DNA of 64,000 nucleotides from a virus: IMG/VR virus record IMGVR_UViG_3300009509_000015, positions 11,361 to 75,360 of that record; one strand, 5' to 3'. Shown piece by piece: positions 46,571 to 55,058 of this stretch (position 1 is its first letter; each line of letters starts with the position of its first letter). The notes under the pieces were generated by a model. It saw only the letters and a program-made list of their open reading frames with translations, ran no database searches and was not told where the DNA came from. The position numbers and the translations under genes were made by a program.

Positions 46571-46852
46571 CTAATGCGATTTTTCACCGATTTCCTTCAT
46601 CATCCTTGCTGCCATTATACTTACAGTGGCATCAACAAGCTGATAAATTGATCGGACAATAGGATCAGAAGTGTACCAAACCTTTTGTGTTCCACATGAC
46701 CCACACTTAACTACAAGATTAGGGCCTCTTGTTTGAACTGATTCAACTGTGCTATCTTTACTTACTACTAGTTCCGATCCGAGCACTGTACCAAGTACTG
46801 CACCACAAGAATGATTAATGCAATACCAATCTATTACTTTTTTCTCTGGCAT
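46571..46852 (-). CDS. zinc-ribbon protein
   Basis: WYCINHSCG...KCGSCG. Confidence 0.6.
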   Translation of the reverse strand: MPEKKVIDWYCINHSCGAVLGTVLGSELVVSKDSTVESVQTRGPNLVVKCGSCGTQKVWYTSDPIVRSIYQLVDATVSIMAARMMKEIGEKSH

Positions 46853-48449
46853 AACTCATCTCTCCTATGAGATAATCAAACAGGCTTTTTACAGTTTCTA
46901 CATCTGCCTCTCGCTGATTAATCTCTTCTGTCATAGCCCTCACCATATAATCTGGTATAATATCGGACTCGAACACTCTAAGTGCCTTGCCCTTACTAAC
47001 CCTATTTATAGCGAATGACTTGAATTTTTTAAGTTCTGATACTAACGCACGCTCTTCATCATCATGGTTATCCCCCCTTGGTGGGTCTTGATCGTCGTTA
47101 GTAGGTTCTCCAGTTTCTGATGGATCATCTGGTTCTGGTTCACGACCTTCTGGTGGTGATCCAGTATCAGGATTTTCCAATGGTGTATTAGATTGTGGAG
47201 ACACTTCTTCAACTTGATCAACGTACAAATCACCGTTCTCATCATCTCTTGGCTCTTCGCCAAGTTGGTTTCTAATCTCGTTAGGATTGTAAACACCCAA
47301 TGAGTGGTAGCGCATATGTACTGTTGCTTGTTCGACAGCAGTTAAGAAATCTGGTTTATTAAACTTAAATTCCCAACCTATAATACCAAACTCTCTAACA
47401 TGAATTTGTTCATAAAGAGCGTTCTCGATAAGCTTAAAGATCGGAACCATAGTTGTTTCATGGAACTCACGCCTTAATTCACGTAGTCCACCAGAACTTA
47501 TGCTGTCATCAATTCCTAGCTTTGCGCCAGGAGTACCAGTTACCGCTAACGTTTCCGTACGGGTATCATTACGAGCTTCTTGGTAAGGTAAATCTTCTGG
47601 AAGCCTGGAAACATTCTCGATCTGTAATTCACCTTGAACAACGACAGGATTCTTTCCAACATTTGAAGCACCTCCATATTTAGATTCAAGAGCATCAACA
47701 AAATCATCAAACGCTTCATCACTAATATCTGGAGATAAAATGTAAAAAGCTTCTGGAGTACTTCTATTACGTACATACTCCCTTGCTGCTGTCTGCAAAT
47801 AAATATCCAATGGTAAAGCGAAGTCTGTTACAGATTCTAGATCAGTACCACCAGTTGGATAGCCTTCCCAATCTGGGTTTACGATGTACACAATATCATG
47901 TATATCAGTGTACTCAACATAATCCTCTGTATCTCTGCTCATGTACTGCATAAAAGCTACTTCTTTGAAGTAGCCTTCTTCATCAACATTAGGCACAACG
48001 AATCCGTGCATAAAGTCTAATCCTATTGGATTTCCTGTACCATCTCGTACAATGTGAAAAGCTGCTTGACCAAAATACTTCAGGTACATAGCAGCAATCA
48101 TTAGCTTATATGCTAAGCTGTAAAAATCCTTGATGTTAGTCCAGTCTCTGTTTGAGAAATTATAAAAGTTTAGTAGCTTCTTTCTGTGTAATTCCCTAGC
48201 CTGAGATTTAAATTCTAGATTCTTCTTTAACTTCCACCAAGTTCCTACAGTAGTTCTACCTAGTGTACTAATAGATGCACGTACATAACCGTGAATCTTT
48301 ATAGTATCCATCAAATCCCAAAAAAGCGTGAACTTCTCGTTCACGACATATCCTTCTGTTTCTAATTCTTTTATTGGCGCTTGGTTACTAGGTTCAATTA
48401 TTTTAACTTTCGTAGTTTTAGGAACAGTTCCTAACATAACTGCCTGCAT
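46815..48449 (-). CDS. portal protein
   Basis: GQAAFHIVRD..G.PIGL, GTPGAKLG, PNEIRNQLGEEP. Confidence 0.9.
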   Translation of the reverse strand: MQAVMLGTVPKTTKVKIIEPSNQAPIKELETEGYVVNEKFTLFWDLMDTIKIHGYVRASISTLGRTTVGTWWKLKKNLEFKSQARELHRKKLLNFYNFSNRDWTNIKDFYSLAYKLMIAAMYLKYFGQAAFHIVRDGTGNPIGLDFMHGFVVPNVDEEGYFKEVAFMQYMSRDTEDYVEYTDIHDIVYIVNPDWEGYPTGGTDLESVTDFALPLDIYLQTAAREYVRNRSTPEAFYILSPDISDEAFDDFVDALESKYGGASNVGKNPVVVQGELQIENVSRLPEDLPYQEARNDTRTETLAVTGTPGAKLGIDDSISSGGLRELRREFHETTMVPIFKLIENALYEQIHVREFGIIGWEFKFNKPDFLTAVEQATVHMRYHSLGVYNPNEIRNQLGEEPRDDENGDLYVDQVEEVSPQSNTPLENPDTGSPPEGREPEPDDPSETGEPTNDDQDPPRGDNHDDEERALVSELKKFKSFAINRVSKGKALRVFESDIIPDYMVRAMTEEINQREADVETVKSLFDYLIGEMSYAREKSNRLVLH

Positions 48450-48482
48450 GTGTGCCTCCGCATAAGATACATCTACACTGTA

Positions 48483-48512
48483 CTACAATCATAATGTATA
48501 TAAAAATGCAAA
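48483..48512 (-). promoter_or_regulatory. putative late promoter of portal
   Basis: TTTGCA-N17-ATTGTAG. Confidence 0.65.
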
Positions 48513-48538
48513 AAGGCAAGCTAAAAAGCCTGCCTTTT
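48510..48538 (-). terminator. terminator after DEDDh exonuclease
   Basis: AAAAGGCA/TGCCTTTT stem with T tract on - strand. Confidence 0.65.
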
Positions 48539-48562
48539 CAAAAAATGTTCGTGTAAGTTACA

Positions 48563-49417
48563 CTAAACGGTAGTTAACTTGATCAAAATTGGTGGTGACC
48601 CTGCTGCATAAGACCACCTAATTCCATCTGGATCGACAAATTGATGAGCATCAACAGCAACTTGCGTCCACCCAAGCTTTTTTGTAGCAGCCTCTACCCA
48701 TTCTTTGAATGTATTACACTGGACTGGTAAAAGAATTGCGTTACCATTAACCCCTTCTATAGCATCCTTTCTGTACGCATCAATTACTTCAGCAACCTTA
48801 GCATGGATACCATTGAAGTTCCTGTACACAACTCTTGCACCACCTATAGCCGTATGTACTACATCCTCTTCCTCAACACCAATAGCTCTTGATATTGAGT
48901 GACCCTTATTATCTGGAGAATTAATAGTAGGATCAATTTTCTTTAAAGCCTTGAACAAGTCAATATTATCAAGAACATCATTCCAAGGAAAACCAACAAA
49001 GTCAAGCTCAGGCTTCATAAAGTACTTAAAAAACTTTAGGTCGAACTTTGGATTTTGTCCTACCAAAAAAGTATCAGTACCATTTCCTACCCTACCACGT
49101 AGCCAAGAAATAATTTTCATCTTAGCCTCGTCTAATGGAACACCCTCTTTTTCTAGGTACTCCCAAGTGATCCCGTTAACTTTAAGAGCACCAGGGCTAG
49201 CGTTCTTCCACTGTTCTTCTGTTGGTAGGATAACAACCTCAAGTTCTTCTAATGTTGATTCATCAGAGTTTGGCTCATGCTTCTCATGTATAAAAGCAAT
49301 GGAAAAAATACAAGCCCCTTCTGTTGGTTCAAAACCAGAAGTCTCAATATCTAAATAAAGTTTGTCTCGTAGCTTCATAAACACACTTTCTACCTTTACG
49401 GGGTCTGGTTTAAACAT
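48563..49417 (-). CDS. DEDDh 3'-5' exonuclease (DnaQ/RNase T-like)
   Basis: LDIETSG, VNGIT, GQNPKFD, HTA. Confidence 0.85.
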   Translation of the reverse strand: MFKPDPVKVESVFMKLRDKLYLDIETSGFEPTEGACIFSIAFIHEKHEPNSDESTLEELEVVILPTEEQWKNASPGALKVNGITWEYLEKEGVPLDEAKMKIISWLRGRVGNGTDTFLVGQNPKFDLKFFKYFMKPELDFVGFPWNDVLDNIDLFKALKKIDPTINSPDNKGHSISRAIGVEEEDVVHTAIGGARVVYRNFNGIHAKVAEVIDAYRKDAIEGVNGNAILLPVQCNTFKEWVEAATKKLGWTQVAVDAHQFVDPDGIRWSYAAGSPPILIKLTTV

Positions 49418-49616
49418 ACTGCCTCTCTTCCTTCAGTTCTTCCAATTCCATTGCCCAGCCTTCTCTGTTCTTCTTAGCATACTTGGACATGAACTCTACA
49501 AATTCGTAATACTCATCAGGCTCAAGTAGCTCAGAAAAGGATGATGGAAAAGAACTAAATATCTCGTAAAACCATTCAATGAATTTTACGGCTTGATTAA
49601 ACTTTACACTAGCCAT
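49410..49616 (-). CDS. hypothetical protein
   Basis: GAGGAG SD; coupled to exonuclease. Confidence 0.55.
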   Translation of the reverse strand: MASVKFNQAVKFIEWFYEIFSSFPSSFSELLEPDEYYEFVEFMSKYAKKNREGWAMELEELKEERQYV

Positions 49617-49887
49617 TATACTCCTCTGACTCCATAGCAGCACAGGCTAATAGGTCAATTGCCACTTCATCCCAACTCCATTCATCAGTATTTTTATACT
49701 TAGCAAAAGCAAAAAGAACCCGTTCAACAAAAACATCTTTCATATCATAAGGGTCTACCTCTGGATTTCTATCTGATCTGTCTAAAGCAAAGGTCATTAT
49801 TACTTCATCCAAGTGAGGATTCATCATTAATAAAGATATTTCTAAACCATCGTATAAATTATTCACATCTTGTTCAAATGACGACAT
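49609..49887 (-). CDS. hypothetical acidic protein
   Basis: Coupled ORF. Confidence 0.55.
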   Translation of the reverse strand: MSSFEQDVNNLYDGLEISLLMMNPHLDEVIMTFALDRSDRNPEVDPYDMKDVFVERVLFAFAKYKNTDEWSWDEVAIDLLACAAMESEEYNG

Positions 49888-50117
49888 TAGCTTATCTCCA
49901 TGATTTTAATATTGTCACCAACCAAAAAAGCCATCCTTACATTAGTCTTCTCAAGCTCTAATGTTCGCAGGGCTTGCTCTACGGAATCGGCTAGATTTTC
50001 ATTTTCTACTGGAAGTATGAGAATGTACCTGTTTTCTGGCTTTAACTCTACAATGGACTCTTTGATAGCTTTTACCAAATCTTGATATAGCTCTTCTCTT
50101 CTATTAAAAATTGACAT
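49887..50117 (-). CDS. hypothetical protein
   Basis: AAGGAG SD. Confidence 0.6.
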   Translation of the reverse strand: MSIFNRREELYQDLVKAIKESIVELKPENRYILILPVENENLADSVEQALRTLELEKTNVRMAFLVGDNIKIMEIS

Positions 50118-50199
50118 ACCTTCTCCTTCTATACTACGTCGTACTTCTTAAGTACTATGAGTAGTACATTAGTACTTATAAGTTCTAATATACTATTTT

Positions 50200-50582
50200 G
50201 TTATAGTTGATCACTTGGATACACTCCCCCCATCTAGCATGAGTACACATTTAGATAAATGCCACGAGTACTCACGAAAGATGGGGGGAAGATGATCTAC
50301 ATGTTTGATCTTACAGTGCGGTAAGATAGGGAGGTTAAAGGTCTAGGAAGACCACATGATCCCTCTAACACGTCGCATCTACTAAGTGCTATGAACCGAA
50401 GTTCAACTGTCCAGGCGATCCGTTACCAGTTGGTATTAGCACTCATCCCCTTGCCCGTAGGCAGATCGGCGGTGACCCATCAAGGTTTCTGGAAGTCCGT
50501 GTATGTCTGTCGGTGACGGAGTGGGTGTTACCCACCAAATGATTTTTTATCTATCACAACTTACCGACGTTAGTTGTGAATT
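50200..50582 (-). ncRNA. large structured non-coding RNA, class unassigned
   Basis: ORF-free, GC-enriched, own promoter, many stems including C(UUCG)G and C(UACG)G tetraloops on the - strand; ends approximate. Confidence 0.65.
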
Positions 50583-50588
50583 TTTTAC

Positions 50589-50617
50589 ATTATACCACAT
50601 GTGTTTATTTACGTCAA
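50589..50617 (-). promoter_or_regulatory. sigma70 promoter
   Basis: TTGACG-N17-TATAAT with TG extension. Confidence 0.8.
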
Positions 50618-52477
50618 GGTTGCTCGTTGCCAAATTATATATTTTGCTACTTCTTTAATCTGATCTTCAGAGTAGTCATCGTGCATAGCAAGTTTAACTT
50701 TATGGGATAGGGGAAATGGCATCTCACCTGTACTATTTTCTACGTACCATATAAGTTGTTTTGTTGGAACTTCTGCTAACAGCCTGGATATACCAAGTGT
50801 TACAGTATTTGGTAGCTCATTTATTATTCTTACATCTTCTCCACTAACATTTTCTTTACTACCAACAACAGCAGTTCTAAAGGCTTTTCCACGATCTATT
50901 TCAATAGCAGTTTTTAAATATAACCAAGCGTGTGCAAAGTGAGAAGCTCGTAGTTCACGGTATACTGCTACATCCTTTTCTCCAGATGGGGTCTTTCTTT
51001 TTTCAACATCACGCTTTATAGCAGTGATATGGTCAATGATTGTTTCTGTATCAATAGGTAAGTTAGGAAGCTCTCCAGGCAATGTCCATTCACTGTCTTT
51101 AATACTTGCTATCAAACGATCAAACCCCTCAGACCTTCCGATAACTACGTTTGTCTTTACACCACGATCATCTGTTTTAGTTGACCAATCAACAGTAGTG
51201 GCAGAATAGTCAGCAAGTAAAATTTTGCCAAGGAAATCTTTTTGTAAGTCTCTTGCTGCGTGTCTGTTAGGATCAGCGTCAATAACCATCCTTTTAATTC
51301 TGAATAGCTTCATAAGCTGCCCCAACCTATCAAACCCTTTATCGAATGGTATTGACTCAAGATGTACAATCTTTGGGTTGCCACCACCTCTTGGAACTTT
51401 ACCAATAAGCAACTGTAGTTCATTACCTTGGTCAACGCCCATGTAATAAGTTGACTTACCATCGGTGAAGTCCTCGTATTGTGCCTCTTCGTTGAAGCAG
51501 TTAATAAGCATATCTTCACGTTCAAGTGAGCCAATACCAAGCTCCCTAGGTTTACCCAGGTTCTTTCTATAGAACTCAGTTATATCTGTAAGCGGATCAA
51601 GAAAGATTGAATAAAGGTGCTCTGGTGTGTGTGTCATCATTTGAGATACATGAAAGCCAATATGGTCTTTAGATTTTTCAGGATACTCAGGAACCCAAAA
51701 TCCTTCCTGTATCTGCTCAAGCGTCAATGGTGTATCACACTTTAGGCATCCAAAGAAAACTTCCTTTGGTCGTTGAAGAGGGCCTATTACACGTAGATTT
51801 TTATCCCAGTCAAGTTCTTGTAGGTGTCCACATTTAGGACACTTAACAAACCATTCACGTTTATCACTGTTATTAAAAGTTGCATTTACACCATAGTTAG
51901 GAACAGTGGGTGTTGAAAAGAAATATGTCAATCTCCAAGACGAGTCATCCATACGGTTCTGTGCGGTAGCAACATTTTTCATTTCAGATAAATCGAACTC
52001 ATCAATAAACACTGCATCTGCTGGCATCATACGAGGTTCTACAGTGGACTCCATAAAGAATAAGTATGAACCACCAAATCTTTTTGAGCGTGTTGAATCT
52101 GGAAAACCCAGTAGAGTTGACAATCTTTCAGAGTTTCTAATCATTGGATCAACACGAGTTGTAACAAAGTCAATATAGTCTTGCTGTCGTGGAAGCATAT
52201 AGATAATACGAACAGGCCAAAAATCTGCAAAATGAAACATACGCACTGCTGCCATTGTAGACATACCACACTGCGTAGACTTTTGTATTGACATTGTTCT
52301 GGCTATACCAGCAGGGTTTTGTTCTATGTTATATGGATTAGAGACAGCATAGATTTCTTTCATCCATTTTCTGCTGCCAACTTTCCATTCTTTGTTTTCT
52401 AACAAATCAACATAGGAAATTCCGTAAGCTAAAATATCCTTAGTCGCTAAGCTCTCTATCCTCTTCTGACTTATCAT
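50609..52477 (-). CDS. terL: terminase large subunit (lambda GpA-like)
   Basis: KSTQCGMS, FIDEFD, STPT, CPKCG zinc motif, MGVDQG nuclease motif. Confidence 0.9.
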   Translation of the reverse strand: MISQKRIESLATKDILAYGISYVDLLENKEWKVGSRKWMKEIYAVSNPYNIEQNPAGIARTMSIQKSTQCGMSTMAAVRMFHFADFWPVRIIYMLPRQQDYIDFVTTRVDPMIRNSERLSTLLGFPDSTRSKRFGGSYLFFMESTVEPRMMPADAVFIDEFDLSEMKNVATAQNRMDDSSWRLTYFFSTPTVPNYGVNATFNNSDKREWFVKCPKCGHLQELDWDKNLRVIGPLQRPKEVFFGCLKCDTPLTLEQIQEGFWVPEYPEKSKDHIGFHVSQMMTHTPEHLYSIFLDPLTDITEFYRKNLGKPRELGIGSLEREDMLINCFNEEAQYEDFTDGKSTYYMGVDQGNELQLLIGKVPRGGGNPKIVHLESIPFDKGFDRLGQLMKLFRIKRMVIDADPNRHAARDLQKDFLGKILLADYSATTVDWSTKTDDRGVKTNVVIGRSEGFDRLIASIKDSEWTLPGELPNLPIDTETIIDHITAIKRDVEKRKTPSGEKDVAVYRELRASHFAHAWLYLKTAIEIDRGKAFRTAVVGSKENVSGEDVRIINELPNTVTLGISRLLAEVPTKQLIWYVENSTGEMPFPLSHKVKLAMHDDYSEDQIKEVAKYIIWQRATLT

Positions 52478-53279
52478 CTTCCCTCATCGCATCTCTTATT
52501 GTTCCAGCGTCAAGCATAAACATTACTTCGTACATATCCGCAGATACACCCTCTTTCACACGAAGATGAATGTCAAGTCTCTTAAACCTTTGACCACATA
52601 TATGACATAACATGCCATCATCAGTGCTATCAAGAATCCCTAATGCGCCATAGTAAGGGTCGCCGTTTTCATCCAGTAAAGGGCCTTGAGCGTTAGCTTC
52701 ATCAACAACTCTTACAGTTCCCTCGATTATATCATCATCTCCTTGACTTCCTAATTGTTCCGTGATATAATTGAGAGCATCTTTGGTTGCTTTAAGTGTA
52801 GGATTTTGTTCTATAATATTTATGTTAATATCTTTGAATTTGTTACCAAGGAATAAATCTAAAACCCACCTAGCGTGCTGTGCTTGGATACCCAATAGTT
52901 TAGCATTGACAACACGCTCAGGAACATCTTCTTGTGGATCATACGTTGCATCAACTTCTAAAACTTCTGCTGACTTTTTGACAGCAGTGACAAATTGCTT
53001 TTCCATTTGTTGCATACGCCAGATACTTACTTGTTTACGTGCCACTGCCACAGCTTGAGTAACTTCTGGATATTTTACTAGCCACGATCTGGCAGTTTTA
53101 GTACTGACACCAAGTTCTTTAGCAATCTTATACATCGGCCAACCACTGACAAGCATCTCTGCCATAGAGATAATTTTGTCAGGTGTGTCACCTTCTGTCA
53201 GTGTCAGTGTCAGGTTGTCAATGACAGTCTGCCACGTGGCAGTGTCATTGTCAGGGTACTTCATAATGTCATTTGTCAT
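52440..53279 (-). CDS. terminase small subunit candidate: HTH plus C-terminal MucR/Ros-like zinc finger
   Basis: IAKELGVSTKTARSW HTH; LCHICGQRFKRLDIHL...G.S...Y; overlaps terL start. Confidence 0.65.
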   Translation of the reverse strand: MTNDIMKYPDNDTATWQTVIDNLTLTLTEGDTPDKIISMAEMLVSGWPMYKIAKELGVSTKTARSWLVKYPEVTQAVAVARKQVSIWRMQQMEKQFVTAVKKSAEVLEVDATYDPQEDVPERVVNAKLLGIQAQHARWVLDLFLGNKFKDININIIEQNPTLKATKDALNYITEQLGSQGDDDIIEGTVRVVDEANAQGPLLDENGDPYYGALGILDSTDDGMLCHICGQRFKRLDIHLRVKEGVSADMYEVMFMLDAGTIRDAMREDDKSEEDRELSD

Positions 53280-53294
53280 AGTAACTCCAATCTG

Positions 53295-53519
53295 CTATTC
53301 GTCATATATGTCAAAGTCATCTTCTAGTTCGGTAAAGCTAATTTCATTTTCATTAACTCTGACATTGCGCCTGCGTTCTCTTTGTTCTTCCCGCCATAGA
53401 TATGACAACCAATCAGGCCAATCATATGGACTTCTGCCATACTTTTTTTCACAATTACTACAGATAGCAAAACGCCATGTAATGTTTTGCCCACAACCAG
53501 CTAAGCATTTATGTGCCAT
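53295..53519 (-). CDS. small zinc-binding protein with acidic tail
   Basis: CLAGC...CSNC; WLSYLWREEQRERRR...EISFTELE. Confidence 0.6.
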   Translation of the reverse strand: MAHKCLAGCGQNITWRFAICSNCEKKYGRSPYDWPDWLSYLWREEQRERRRNVRVNENEISFTELEDDFDIYDE

Positions 53520-53763
53520 GAAAAACTCCCAGGATATGCTCCTTCAACGAAGATAAGGCAGATACTCGCTTACTCCACACGGTTGTACGTGAAATGTCTA
53601 AGATTAAAGAAATTTCTTTTTGTCGAAATCCCGCCACAGATAGAGCGATAACTGCCTGTTGGTCATGCGGTAAACTTCTTACAGACTCTTTTATTATTAT
53701 TGCTTCAACCGTTTCTAATTTATCTTCCGATAATTCTAATGAGTACTCTTCAAACATGAACAC
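53509..53763 (-). CDS. stand-alone sigma70 region 4 (ECF-like) HTH protein
   Basis: LPHDQQAVIAL...GFRQKEIS.IL.IS..TV..K...AL..L; likely start ATG 53757. Confidence 0.8.
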   Translation of the reverse strand: MFMFEEYSLELSEDKLETVEAIIIKESVRSLPHDQQAVIALSVAGFRQKEISLILDISRTTVWSKRVSALSSLKEHILGVFHGT

Positions 53764-53776
53764 CTCTAATACTATT

Positions 53777-53884
53777 ATTATACCATAAAAATTGATTTTT
53801 GTCTAGTCCGAAACAATCGGACATGTGTCCGAAACAATCGGATATTTATATGATCTTGACAGTTTAAAGCTTTTGAGGTATAAT
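53777..53884. promoter_or_regulatory. divergent sigma70 promoters with tandem palindromic operator
   Basis: - strand TAGACA-N17-TATAAT; + strand TTGACA-N17-TATAAT; GTCCGAAACAATCGGA x2 at 53806 and 53827. Confidence 0.8.
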
Positions 53885-53912
53885 TGTTCTTAACTGACTA
53901 TAGGAGGCAGAT

Positions 53913-54287
53913 ATGAATAAATGTTTATTTACAGGAAACTTGGGAGCAGACCCTGAGCTTAAGGAAACTGCTGGTGGTATGAAAATTGCCACAGTAAATG
54001 TTGCCGTAAATGGTAGAAGTGTAAAGCAAGCTGATGGTACGTATGAGACTGAAACTGAGTGGATTACAGTAAAAATCTTTGGTGATCGTGCAGTAACTTT
54101 TAGTAATGTGCTAAATGTTGGTGACAAAGTTGAACTTGAAACTAGTTACCATAAAAATACTTGGGTTACTGACGATGGTGAAAACAGGTCATTCGTAGAA
54201 TTTATTATTGACCGCTGGCGCAAGATAACTCCGAAGAGTGAATCAGCATCTGCATCAAGCCCACCTGTTAGTGATCCAGGGTTTTAA
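53913..54287 (+). CDS. ssb: single-stranded DNA-binding protein
   Basis: MNK..FTGNLGADPELK..., TEWI.V..FG..A, C-terminal DPGF. Confidence 0.92.
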   Translation: MNKCLFTGNLGADPELKETAGGMKIATVNVAVNGRSVKQADGTYETETEWITVKIFGDRAVTFSNVLNVGDKVELETSYHKNTWVTDDGENRSFVEFIIDRWRKITPKSESASASSPPVSDPGF

Positions 54288-54595
54288 TGAAGTTTGCTTA
54301 TCGAGGTGTGGATGATATAATCAAGCGCCTTTTCGATAGCGAAAATTTGCAAGGCGATAAAGATTGGAGTGAAGAAATTCTAATCTATATCGCCTTGGCA
54401 ATCTATGCTTACGATCAATTGAAGGAAGTAGAAGACACTACATTTCAAAATAGAGAGCTAATGAGACCGTCCTTAGATAGAGCCTGGAGAGAGGCTCTTT
54501 GGTTAAGACAGAGACTTACTTCTGATCTAGACAAAAAAGGTACAAGAAACTTTAGACTCACAAGGTTTGGTAACGTTGAAGAAAAAAACAGATGA
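54287..54595 (+). CDS. hypothetical protein
   Basis: TAATG-coupled ORF. Confidence 0.55.
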   Translation: MKFAYRGVDDIIKRLFDSENLQGDKDWSEEILIYIALAIYAYDQLKEVEDTTFQNRELMRPSLDRAWREALWLRQRLTSDLDKKGTRNFRLTRFGNVEEKNR

Positions 54596-55058
54596 GCGTA
54601 AGTATGTGAACGTATGGGTTGATGGGTCAACATGGCCTAAGAACCCAGGAAAATACGGAGGTTGGGGGGCGGTATTTATTTTTGTTGGCGACGGAAAAAG
54701 AGCAGAACTCCATTTAAGTAAAAGAATGAATGGAGGTAATGTTACTAATAATCAAGCAGAGACAGAAGCTATTATAAGAGCGTTGGAGGCTTTAAAAGAA
54801 CCGTGTCATGTTAGCATACATACAGATAGCATGTATGTCATTAAATGTTTTAAGAAAGTAAGTAATGGTGGTATGCCAAATGCTAATAAAGAGTATTGGT
54901 ATAGAATGAAGAACATCATTAATAATACTAAACATGACATAAAGCTTATTAAAGTTGAGGGTCATTCTGGTAACGAACAAAACGAACTTGCACACACGCT
55001 TGCGTATAACGCTTCGTCAAATAACAGGGAAGTTGAGGAACGCTTCATTGATAGATGA
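54567..55058 (+). CDS. rnhA: ribonuclease HI
   Basis: VDGS...NPG..GGWG, TNNQAE, TDSMYV, VEGHSG...NE.A. Confidence 0.9.
   Translation: MVTLKKKTDERKYVNVWVDGSTWPKNPGKYGGWGAVFIFVGDGKRAELHLSKRMNGGNVTNNQAETEAIIRALEALKEPCHVSIHTDSMYVIKCFKKVSNGGMPNANKEYWYRMKNIINNTKHDIKLIKVEGHSGNEQNELAHTLAYNASSNNREVEERFIDR

Noticed and set aside
54575-54600. Frameshift fusion of ORF 54287 to RNase H at the A7 run
   Set aside because: It would need a +1 shift, in-frame TTG/GTG starts exist, and no stimulator is evident.
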